Source: Isurus oxyrinchus
Lineage: Eukaryota
Direction: 5' to 3'
DNA length: 38,839 nucleotides
NCBI GenBank assembly: GCA_026770705.1
Contig: JANJGN010000016.1
Coordinates: forward strand, 88,350,001 to 88,388,839
Shown: positions 1 through 10,900 of the stretch, one piece after another
How the letters are laid out: the number at the start of each line of letters is the position of its first letter
Numbering within the stretch: the stretch's first letter is position 1
Position numbers and translations under genes: made by a program
The notes under the pieces: model-generated
What the model saw: the letters and a program-made list of their open reading frames with translations, nothing else
Told to the model about the DNA's origin: nothing
Databases searched by the model: none

Positions 1-382
1 CAGTCTCTGTACTCAGGTACATCACATTTCACAATCCAGTCTGTGTACTCAAGTACATCACCCTTCACAATCCAGTCTGTGTACTGAGGTACATCACACT
101 TCACAATCCAGTCCGTGTACTCAGGTACATCACACTTCACAGTCCAGTCTGTGTACTCAGGAACATCACGCTTCAGAATCCAGTCTGTGTACTCAGGTAC
201 ATCACGCTTCAGAATCCAGTCTGTGTACTCAGGTACACCACACTTCACAGTCCAGTCTGTGTACTCAGGTACATCACACTTCACAATCCAGTCTGTGTAC
301 TCAGGTACATCACACTTCACAATCCAGTCTGTGTACTCAGGTACATCACACTTCACAATCCAGTCTGTGTACTCAGGTACAC
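1..382. repeat. 36-bp minisatellite (CAGTCTGTGTACTCAGGTACATCACACTTCACAATC), ~10 copies, runs off the window edge
   Basis: The unit restarts at 1, 37, 73 and onward. The 12-aa periodicity of ORF 115-447 reflects it. Confidence 0.95.
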
Positions 383-1254
383 CACCGCCGTCCTCACACG
401 GATCTGAAGCTCCAGTTCCGGTTCCTCGAGGGACCAGAGTTTTGTGAGCACCTCATTCGTGAATCACAGCCCCTAAATGCACTGCTCCTGCCTTCGGTGT
501 TGGTGAAAATTGCTACCGGAAGGTTCTGTGTGGACACGGCCTCCTGCTGAGTTCCCGTCTCACCCTCCTCGGTACAATGGACTGGGAACATGTGGTGTAC
601 CCTGAGAACTTGCAGCTAAAAACAATGTCTTCCCCACATGCAGCATCTCTTCCTGTATCTTCACCAACTTGAAACAACTCCTCCAAACACCCAGTCCTTC
701 CACAAACTCAATCAGAACCAGGAGAAAGTCAGCAGGAACTCAGCTGCAGGTTGTTGATGGTCCCTTTAAATCTCACTGGTCTCTGGATCCCTCACACTGC
801 TGAACCTGTACCAAATCTGCTTTACAATCTGACTGAGCTCACCATCTGCTGACTCTGTATCCTTCCGGAACACGCCTGTAACACGCGTGTTAATGCCCCT
901 TCACCACGATGGTGTCCACTGTGGCCCAGACTGGAAGTGGGAAGAAACCTGCAGCCGCCATTTTGTTTCCAATCGGGTTCCTGTCGTGTCGAAATTCCCG
1001 GGGTTATGGAGGCAAAATTTGTGGTCATCGTATTCACTGAACGTATAATCTTGTTTTATAGATTTTAAAGTCATTACTTGGTCGGGTTTAGCTGATAGGA
1101 GGATTCACTGAACTGTTTCTGGGTAAACTTACCCCTGCCGCTTCTCCTTGTGCGGTGATCGTCTCTTTGTGATTTTTTTCTCCTGTTCCAGTCGCCTCTC
1201 TCAGCAGCTGCTCTGTCACGTTTCAGTTTAAACCCTGAGGGTGTCTCCCATACT

Positions 1255-1280
1255 CTCCTCTCTCTCTCTCTCTCTCTCTC
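1255..1280. repeat. (CT)n microsatellite
   Basis: Direct reading. Confidence 0.9.
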
Positions 1281-1837
1281 GAATATCTGAACCTGTTTAT
1301 ATCCCTTTGCAGTCTCTTTGTATCCTCCTCACAGCTTACTTTCCCAACCAGCTTTTTATTGTCAGTAGCCCTGACTGTGGGTGGAATTTTCTGTGCCGTG
1401 AGTGAACAATATGGCGAGAAGGCCAGAAATAGGCTTCACCCCACCTTGAAACCAATTTGTGATCGTCCGCTCAGCTGGTCAGTGGAGGGCTGCGTCTCCC
1501 ACCATCGGACGTTGGGAGCCTCATTGTAACACATCTGCCTATCAGAATAAGGCCAGCCCACCGGAATCATCCCCCCCGCACCCTCCCCTGGGCTGGATCG
1601 TCCACCCCCCTTGGCGTGATTGTGAGCTGCCGTCTTTCACAACAGCTTGTGCTTGGCGGGCTGCTCTCTGAGGGGGACGGGGAGGGGAGTTCCCAGTAAC
1701 ATTGTGCAGCACTCGCCAGGGGGGCCTGTTGGGCTTCAAGGGTGAGGCAGGTTGATGGGGGGTCAAGGGCGGCCCTGAAGCTGATGCGACTTTGCTGGAG
1801 ACAAAGGTTTGCCTCGTGACTGCGGCAGTTTGTGTGG

Positions 1838-2080
1838 CCAGGGGGCGGGGCCGTGGGGCGGGGCCGTGGGGCGGGGCTGGGGCCAGAGGGGGCGGGGCTC
1901 TGGGGCGGGGCTGGGGCCAGAGGGGGCGGGGCTGTGGGGCGGGGCTGTGGGGCGGGGCTGGGGCCAGAGGTGTCGGTGTCTGGGGGCGTGGCCTGGGACT
2001 GAGAGGAGGGCCCAGATGGGGAGGGGCCAGATGGTGCGGTACCTGGGGTGAGGTGGGGGCGAGGCCTGGGGGCGGCGCCG
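1838..2080 (+). repeat. G-rich GGGGCGGGGC(T/C) low-complexity tract (GC boxes, G4-prone)
   Basis: Repeated GGGGCGGGGC units, densest at 1838-1965. Confidence 0.85.
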
Positions 2081-2366
2081 GTTGTGAGGGGCAGCCTCTT
2101 TCAATGTTTGGGCCAGTCTCTCCCATGGTCCAAGCTAACAGAGCAGCCTTGCCGTGCGGGTTAGGAGAATGTCTGTGTCTGAGCTGAGAGCACAGCCTGC
2201 AGTCCAATGGGCAAAGCTGCCGCCAATCGGTCAGGTGCGGTGGGGCGGAGGAGGGTGGGGTTTTGGGCAGCCAATCAGGACACTAATCTCTGGCCACCCA
2301 AGTGGTGGACAGCACTCAGCGGGATGTGTTAAGGGGCCTTCAGACTTAACCAGGACAGGTTCTTAG

Positions 2367-2951
2367 TGTACCCATGTTAACCACGTCTCTCTCTGTCTCA
2401 TCCTGCAGGAGGAGTACATCAGGAGCATGGATCATATACATATAGCTTATATGTCTGGTTAAATATAGACATGCAGATTGCAGCAGCTTATACATTTTTA
2501 TACCCAAACTAGGATCTAAACGCACACCCACTAGGTTTCTCTGCCACTCCCTGAGTGGTCACAGAATATAAAAGCTAATCCCCGAAAAGGAGAGCTGACG
2601 CTGGCCAGGCTTTCCGTTCTCTCTCTCTTTCACTGTCATCTCTACGTTGCTGACGTAGGTTCTTCCATTTCCGCGATGGTTGGTCTCCGGAGTCTTTGCT
2701 GGCTCCAGGCTCCAGATTCTCCATTCTTATTCTGCATCTTATCCCTCCAAGCTGTGCTGTCTCTCTCTCCCGTTGCTTTAGGCTTGCTCGCCTAGTCTGT
2801 GCTTCTCCTTATTGGCTCTATCCCAAGGCCTTAGGTAGCATTACCTCATTACCCCTTTTCTAAATAAGGACTTGTGTCTTATCACATTTCCCTTGTTTTT
2901 CACAAAACTCAGCTAATTCAAACCAGTTCCAGCCAGCTCAGGCCTGCGACT
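2367..2951 (-). mobile_element. Possible solo LTR
   Basis: Block begins TGTACCC and ends ...GGCCTGCGAC with LTR-like composition. No partner LTR, PBS or TSD identified. Confidence 0.25.
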
Positions 2952-3747
2952 GAACTCAGGTTACTTCAGTTCAAAAGGTTTTTGCCTGTGTCAGCAGTTC
3001 GGCTACAGCCCCTGGCCAACACTTGGTTTCTGTCGACGTTGACAAAATTCTGGCCTTTGCAAAAATGGCGTCTGTGATTCCTGGATACATTTGTGGGCGG
3101 ACTCTTGGGAGGTGCCACTGGGATCCTCAGTGGAGCCCTGGAAGGAACCACTGCCTTAGAAGTTTTACTTTCACAGCCACTGGCAATGGATGCCCTTCCA
3201 GTCCCCGTGGCACCAAATCCTGCAGAACGGGGCAAATGTCAGTCACCAGATGCCAGGACATGTGGAGGCGTCTGTGACACAGGGTCTCACTCATCTGCAG
3301 ATAACACATGTGATGTCTATACGCCCTGGGTCCAGCAAGATGCCTGCAAACTACTGCTCCCTGAGGATCATCCTCTAAACTAGGGGAACAATCATCGCCA
3401 CTTTGAGGGGTCAGTGTTGCTTAAATGGGCATCATTGCTTCACTTTCCTGACTCTCCACATGACAACTGAACAGCTGCTAACCTGTCTCTGCTGTGACTC
3501 TCTCCTCAGTTTGGAACCATCAATTCAGTTGGCTGGCCCTTTAGTGCCCTCCCTACCCCCACCCCCTCAGTCATGTGTCTCAGTGCAGCCTTCCCCAGTC
3601 ATTGTCCCCAATGGAGCCTTTACCCTGCAGCCCCTTCCCTTCCCTCAGTCCTGTCTGGCGCCTCCCCCAATGGATCCCTTGTCCTGCAGCACAGTAACAG
3701 TGCCCCCCTCCCTCCCCCCTTAACCCTGCTGTCGTACCTGCTTTGAG

Positions 3748-4810
3748 ACAGAGAAACATAGAAAATAGGAGCAGGAGCAGGTCATTCAGTCCTTCCACTC
3801 TGCTCCACCATTCAATATGACCATAACTGACCCTTTATCTCAACACCATTCTCCTGCTCTCTCTCCATACCCCCTGATACCTTTAGAGTCCAGAAATCTA
3901 TCTATTTCCTTCTTAAATATATTCGGTGACTTGGCCCCCACAGCCTCTGTGGTGGAGAATTCCACAGGTTCACCAGCCTCTGAGTGAAGCAGTTTCTCCT
4001 CATCTCAGTCCTAAATGGTCTACCCTGTATCCTGAGATTGTGACCCCTTGTTCTAGACTCCCCTCCCCAGAGAGAGGAAACATCATCCCTGCGCCCAGTC
4101 TGTCCAGCCCTGTCAGAATTTTATACGTTTCAATGAAATCTCCTCTCATTCTTCTAATCTCCAGTGAATACAGGCCTAGTCGGCCCAATCTCTCCTCATA
4201 CAACAATCCTGCCATCCCAGGAATCAGTCTGGTGAACCTTTGCTGCACTCCCTTTGTGGCAAGTATATCCTTTCTTAGTTAAGGAAACCAGAACTGCACA
4301 TGATACTCCAGGTGTGGTCTCACCAAGGCCCTGTACAGCTGCAGTAAGACATCCTTGCTCATGTACTCTTGTCCTCTCACAAGGAAGGCCAACACACTAT
4401 TTGCCTTTTCACCTGCTTGCTGCACCTGCATGGCTTGCTTTCAGTGATTGGTGTACAAGGACACCCAGGTCCCTTTGTACATCAACATTTCCCAATCTAT
4501 CACCATTTAAATAATACTCTGCCATTCTGTTTGTCCTGCTGAAGTGGATAACTTCACACTTACCCACGTTACACTGCACCTGCCATGTATTTGTCCACTC
4601 ACTCAACCCGTCCAAATCACCTTGAAGCCTCTTAACACCCTCCTCATCGCTCACAATCCCATCAAGTTTCATGTTGTCAGCAAACTTGGGAATATTACAT
4701 TTGGGTTCCCTCATCCAAAGCATTGATATATATAGTGAATAGCTGGGGCCCAAGCACTGATCCCTGCCAAACCCCACTAGTCACCGCCTGCCACTCCGAA
4801 AAAGACCCAG
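3748..4810 (-). mobile_element. CR1-type LINE, 5'-truncated (RT C-terminus plus 3' tail)
   Basis: ORF fragments KFADNMKL..LQGDLDGLSEW..WQVQCNVGKCEVIHF and QRFTRLIPGM..YEERLGRLGLYSLE.RRMRGD. The tail reads AGAAACATAGAAAATAGGAGCAGGAG on +. Confidence 0.9.
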
Positions 4811-5569
4811 AAGAGACCCTCCTGAAGCTGATGTGGTGCAGCCTGTGAAGTCTGGCACTGACCCTGGTGAGCTCACCTCGGGGTCAGGAATGAAGTGCAG
4901 CTTTCCAGCTCCACCTGGTTTCAATCCTGTTGTGAAACACGTGGTTCTAACCGCACGCTGATGTGGGCTCTCATCCAGGGTGGAGGGATGATTCCGGCGA
5001 GCAGGAGTCATAATGAGATGCTGATTTATGCTAATGACATTCACAATCCTCAGCGGTGGGAAACGTGTCCCACCATTGAGGGCTGAAGCGAACAATCACT
5101 TCCTCGTTTTACATGGTGGTAAAGGCGGTTTTGGGCCTTCTGGTCAGATTGAGTCCTCGCTCCCACCATGACACCCGCCACCACTGGGAGCAGGAAATCC
5201 CGGCCAAAGACTTTGGAGAGGAAAGGGAGGTTAGTGATGGGGTGGGAGTTTACAAGGACTGATTGGTTGAGTGTGGGTTTGTTGAGGAGATGGTGATGAT
5301 GGTGATTTTGAGAGCGAGGGGGTCAGTACGTGTGGAGGGGCTGACCCTCTGGTACCTGAACTCTCCCAGTGAAGCTTTCCCTCTGTTACTTTATCTCTCT
5401 TGTCATGGCACCCAGTTGGAATCTGAATAATTCCAATGGATTTCCCTGTATTTCCTTGTTTTACAGATTATTCCAAACAGATTACCCTCTGAGTAAATAA
5501 TATTTACCTGATCAATGTTGTAATTTTACTCTCACTGCTTTCCATTAACGTCATCAGCTTTTCCCACAT

Positions 5570-5820
5570 AATCAGAGAATCACACAGCACTGAAGGAGGC
5601 CATTCAGCCCCTCGGGTCTGTTCTAGCTCTTTGAAAGAGTGATCCAATTAGATCCACTGCCCTTCTCTTTCCCCATTGGCCTGTAATTTCTCCCTTTGAG
5701 TTTTTCTCCAATTGCCTTTTGCAAGTTATTCTTGAATCAGCTTCCAACGCCCTTCCAGACAGTGAGTTCCAGATCAGGACAATGTTAATGACATTCAATC
5801 TGTGACCTCTCCTGTCACTG
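5570..5820 (-). mobile_element. CR1-type LINE 3' end fragment
   Basis: ACAGCACTGAAGGAGGCCATTCAGCCC tail; IWNSL...CKRQL motif in ORF 5604-5798. Confidence 0.7.
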
Positions 5821-5879
5821 GAAACAGTTTCTCCCGATTTACTTTATTAAAATTCCTCATAATTTAGGCAATTTGTATC

Positions 5880-6578
5880 CTGGGATGGGAAATGAGGTAC
5901 AGTAAAGTGAGGGAGTCTGGGAGACAAACACAGGAAGACATTAATAAACTTGCAGAATGGGCACTGAATTGGGGAATAACTTTCAACATTGAGAAGACAG
6001 AAGCTTTACATTTTGCTTGGAAGATTAGGGAGGAGACCAACTTCTTGCAAATAAGTCTCTAAATGTGGTCAAGAAACAGAGGGATCTGAGAGTGCAGACA
6101 CATAAATCCCTAAGAACTGTGAGACAGGTTAGTAAAGTCACAAAAGAATCATATCAAGCACTCGGGTCTATTTCTAAAGGGATAGAATTGAAACACAGAG
6201 GGTTTATGTGAAACAGGTATAGAATCTTGGTTAGACCACACTTGACGCACTGTTTCTGGTCTCCATATTAAGAAAAGGATACAGAGACACTGGAGAAGGT
6301 AGAAAAGTGAGTGACACAGTGAGGATAGAGTCATCAGTCTGGGGTCCTCTTCTCTGGGAATGAAATGACTGAGAGGGGAGCTGACTGATGTCTTTAAGGT
6401 GATGAAGGGATTTGATAGGGTGATGTAGAGAAGATGCTTCCAATTGTGGGTGGGACCTAAACTACCAGGCGTGAATAAAAGATAAACACCAAAAATCTAA
6501 TTGGGAATTCAGGAGGAACATTGTCACTCAGAGAGTGGTTAGAACGTGGAACTCACTGTCACTGATAAACAAGAGATA
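5880..6578 (+). mobile_element. Degenerate CR1-type LINE ORF2 3' region
   Basis: Remnants read as ERDLRV, LVRPHL..FWSPY, TQRVVRTWNSL. Confidence 0.75.
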
Positions 6579-6583
6579 GTATG

Positions 6584-7670
6584 TGTTATAGAGTTGATCA
6601 TCAGGCAACTTTTCTTGGTGGAAACATTTGACTTTATTTACAAGAGGACAGCAGCAACTACACATCTGCATCAAGCTCCATTACTACAGAAGTCCTCTCT
6701 CTCTCTCTCTGTGTGGAGGTTGCCTGAAATGCTCACACATTGGTTTACACAGTTCATGTGATCTTACAGTACACGGTTATTCTTAAAGCTACAGTCCAAC
6801 ATTTCCCAAAACTATAACCACGACGTTCCTCCCCCATTAACTTTTCTGTACATTTTGTATTTACAAGGACATTTATCTCATGACATTACAATATTTACAC
6901 AGGTCATAAAATTACAAGTTCAGCCTTTCAGGTGGTTTCCTGATCCGTGTGGAACATCACAGCTCCACGCCTTCAGATTCTTTTGCAGGAACCACGTCCT
7001 CTGGAACCGCATTAATATCAGGTACCTCATTAGACACATGCAGTTCAGTGTCTCCCACTCCGACAGAGACATCGGCCATGTCTGCCCTAGGTTGAGCAAA
7101 TTCAACAGGAACCAGTGGTTCGGTAATGACTATCGGTGGAACAATGTCCTATTGTTTTATTTCTCCTATTACAGTGGTAAATTGCAGGTTTTTTCTCCTA
7201 CAAGTACTCAGGAGGATCGCTCTCCTCTTCTCTTCCTCTGTGATTTTGTTTGCTTGAAAGAAGAACTCAAGACATTATATATATTGTGACCAATCATCAG
7301 TGGCTGCTTCAAAGGGATCGATTCTGAAAAACTGGCATTTTGAATGCGTATACCTGCTGTTATTTCAAACAAACATAGAGATTCACAATCGCTGGGTGAG
7401 GTACAGAACCAATTCTGATTTATCCTCATCGCCAGTTTGTTATAGAGTTGATCTTCAGGCAACTTTCCTTCATGGAAACATTTGACTTTGTTTACGGGAC
7501 AGAGCAGCAGCAAATACCTGTGAGCATCCAACAGCACGACGACAGAAGTACTCTCTCTGTACACGTTCCCATGCTGCTAGCACACTGGTTTAGAGAGATC
7601 AGGTGATCTTATAGCATGGGATTATTCTTATAGCTGCAGTCCAACAGTCACCAAATTTATCATCACCAAA
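6584..7670 (-). mobile_element. Internally deleted Ty3/Gypsy LTR retrotransposon (LTRs ~6584-6825 and ~7438-7670)
   Basis: Two diverged direct repeats both start TGTTATAGAGTTGATC. PBS TGGCGATGAGGAT (7422-7434, -). PPT GGGGGAGGAA (6826-6835, -). Gag N-terminus MPVF.RIDPFE..DDWSQYI..LEFFFQANKI....RRAILLSTC from 7338. Integrase-type C-terminus STRIRKPPERLNL* ends at 6912. Flanks GTATG/GCATG may be a TSD. Confidence 0.85.
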
Positions 7671-7951
7671 GCATGAGTGTAAATTCACAGCTTTTATTAC
7701 TGTTTGTTTGGATGGAAAAAAATGCAAAACAAAGTTAATTATTGTTTAGTCAATCCCGTCTGTTTTTAATTGTACAATATTTAAGAACAACTCACTCCCT
7801 GGGGAGCTCATGTAAATACTGAGCCCCTCCTGGAGCCCAATGTTATGGGAGGGAAACAAAGGAAATTCAGAACGAGTGGTTCGAGAGAGAAACTTGGCAG
7901 CTTTAATTCAGAGGGGCATGATCTCACAATGTTGTTAGGTGCTGAAAACAA

Positions 7952-10900
7952 AAATACTGCTCCCTGCTCCCTCCAATACTGCCAGATCGCTACTCTCTCT
8001 AACACTGCCAGATTGCTACTCTCTCCAACTCTACCAACTCCCTGCACTCTCCAATAATCCCAACTCCCTGTTCCCTCGAAAACTACCAACCCAATGCAGT
8101 CTCCAATAATGACAGCTCCATCTCTCCCCAATACCGCCAGCTTCCTGCTCCCTCCATTACTGCCTGCTTGCTGCTCCCTCAAATACTGCTGACTCCCTAG
8201 CCCCTCTAGTAATGTCAGCTTCCTGTTCCTTTTAATACAGCCACTTCCCTGCTCCCTCCAATATTGCCAGCTACCTGCTCCCTCAAACACTGCCAGCTTC
8301 CTACTCCCTCTGATACTGCCAGCTCCCTGCTCCCTCAAAAAGTGCCAGCTCCCTGCACCCTCCAATACTGCCAGCTCCCTGCTCCCTCCAATGCTGCCAG
8401 CTCACTACTCTCTCCAATACTGCCAGATACCTGCTGTCTCCAATAATGCCAGCCCCTTGCTCCATCCATAACTGCCAGTTCCCTGCTCCCTCCAATACTG
8501 CCACCACCAAGCTCCCTCTAATACTGCCAGCTTCCCTTCCCTCCAATACTGCCAGCTCCCTGCTCCCTCCAATACTTCTAGCACCCTGCTCCCTACAATA
8601 CTGCCATCTCCCTGCTCTGTCCAATTATGCCAGATCCTTGTTCCTTCCGTTAATACCAGCTCCATGCATTCTCCAATACTGCCAGCTCCCTGCACCATCC
8701 AATACTGCCAGCTCACTGCTCAATAAAATACTACCACCTCCCTTCTCCCTCCAATACTGCCACCTCCCTTCTCCCTCCAATACTGACAGCTCCCTGCTCC
8801 CTGCACCTTCCAAAATTGCCAGCTCCTTGCTCTCTCCAATAATGACACATCGCTGCTCTCTCCAATACTACCAGGACACAAGTTCCTCCAACATTGCCAG
8901 CTCCCTGCTCCCTCCACTACTGGCTGCTCGTTGCACACTCCAATACTGCCAAATCCCTAGTCTCTGTAATATTGCCAGCTTCTTGGCCCCTCTAATAAAT
9001 CAAGTTCCTACTCTCTCCAATACTCCATTCTCCCTGCTCCATCTAAAAATTCCAGCTCCCTGCTACATCCCTGCACCCTCCAATACTGCCAGCTCCCAGC
9101 TCGCTCCAAAACTGCTAGCTCCCGGTTCCCTCTTATAATGCCAGTTTCCTGCTCCCTCCAATAAAGCAAGTTACTGCTCTCTCCAATACTGCCACCTCCC
9201 TGCTCTCCGCTATACTCCTCTTCAACACTGTAAGCTCTCTGCACCCTCCAATACTGCCAGCTCCCTGCTCCCTCCAATACTGCCTGCTCCCTGCTCCCTC
9301 CAATACTGCCAGCTCCCTGCTCCCTCCAATACTGCCAGCTCACTACTCTCTCCAATACTGCCAGCTCACTGCTCCCTTCAATACTGCCAGCTCACTGCTC
9401 TCTCCAATAATGCCAGCTCCCTGCACCCTCCAATACTGCCAGCTCCCTGCACCCTCCAATGCTGTCAGCTCACTGATCTCTCCAATACTGCCAGCTCCCT
9501 GCACCCTCCAATACTGCCAGTTCACTGCTCCCTCCAATGCTGCCAGCTCCCTGCTCCCTCCAATACTGCCAGCGCCCTGCTCCCTCCAGTGCTGCCAGCT
9601 CCCTGCTCCCTCCACTATGCCAGCTGCCTGTTCCCTCCAATACTGCCAGCTCCCTGCTCCCTCCAGTACTGCCAGCTCCCTGCTCCCTCCACTACGCCAG
9701 CTCCCTGCTCTCCCCAATACTGCCAGTTCCATGCACCCTCCAATAGTTCCAACTCCCTGTTCCCTAAAACACTACCAGCTCCCTGCAACCTCCAATACTG
9801 CCAGCTTAATGCTCCCTCCATAACTTCCATTCCCTATCTCAGTTCAATAATGCAGATCCTTGTTCCCTCCGTTACTGCCAGCTCCCTGCTCCCTGCAATA
9901 CTGCCAGCTCCCAACTCCCTCCAATGTTGCCAGCTCCTCGCTCTCTCCAATACTGCCAGCTTCCCATCCCTCCAATACTTCCAGCACCCTGCTCCCTACA
10001 ATACTGCCGTCCCCCTGCTCTATCCAATTATGCCAGATCCTTGTTCCTTCCGTTAATACCAGCTCCATGCATTCTCCAATACTGCCAGCGCCCTGCACCA
10101 TTCAATACTGCCAGCTCACTGCTCAATAAAATACTACCACCTCCCTTCTCCCTCCAATACTGCCACATCCCTTCTCCCACCAATACTGACAGCTCCCTGC
10201 ACCTTCCAAAATTGCCAACTCCTTGCTCTCCCAAATAATGACTCTCTCTCCAATACTACCAGGACACAAGTGCTTCCAACATTGCCAGCTCCCTGCTCCC
10301 TCCACTACTGGCTGCTCGTTGCACACTCCAATACTGCCAAATCCCTAGTCTCTGTAATATTGCCAGCTTCTTGGCCCCTCTAATAAATCAAGTTCCTGCT
10401 CTCTCCAATACTCCATTCTCCCTGCTCCATCTAAAAATTCCAGCTCCCTGCTACATCCCTGCACCCTCCAATACTGCCAGCTCCCAGCTCGCTCCAAAAC
10501 TGCTAGCTCCCGGTTCCCTCTTATAATGCCAGCTTCCTGCTCCCTCCAATAAAGCAAGTTACTGCTCTCTCCAATACTGCCACCTCCCTGCTCTCCGCTA
10601 TACTCCCCTTCAACACTGTAAGCTCTCTGCATCCTCCAATATTGCCAGCCCCCTGCTCCCTCCAATAATGCTTCTTCCCTGTTTTATCCAATACTGCCAG
10701 CTCCCTGCTCGCTCCAATAATGCCAGCTCCCTGCTCACTCCAAAAATTCCTGCTCCACGCTCACTCCAATAATGCCTGCCCCCTGTTCCCTCCAATACAG
10801 CCAATTCCCTGCTCCCTCCAATGCTGCCAACTCCCTGCACCGTCCAATACTGCCAGCTGCTGGCTCGCGCCAATAGTGCCAGCCCCCTGCTCCCTCCAAT

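Larger units (their letters stand above)
1379..5204. mobile_element. Degenerate DNA transposon with long imperfect inverted termini (possibly Harbinger-like), carrying nested insertions
   Basis: The left end GGGTGGAATTTT...AGAAGGCCAGAAA...GTGATCGTCCGCTCAGC...CCCACC aligns by eye with the reverse complement of ~5045-5204 (GGCCGGGATTTCC...AGAAGGCCCAAAA...GTGATTGTTCGCTTCAGC...CCCACC). No clear TSD and no recognisable transposase. Confidence 0.45.

Noticed and set aside
115-447. 110-aa repeat protein
   Set aside because: Translation of the 36-bp minisatellite from a non-ATG start.
1542-2207. Pro-rich and Gly-rich ORFs of 113-221 aa
   Set aside because: Products of the GC-rich low-complexity tract.
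6855-7564. ORFs of 144 aa (+) and 118 aa (-) as host genes
   Set aside because: Antisense or off-frame readings of the Gypsy remnant.
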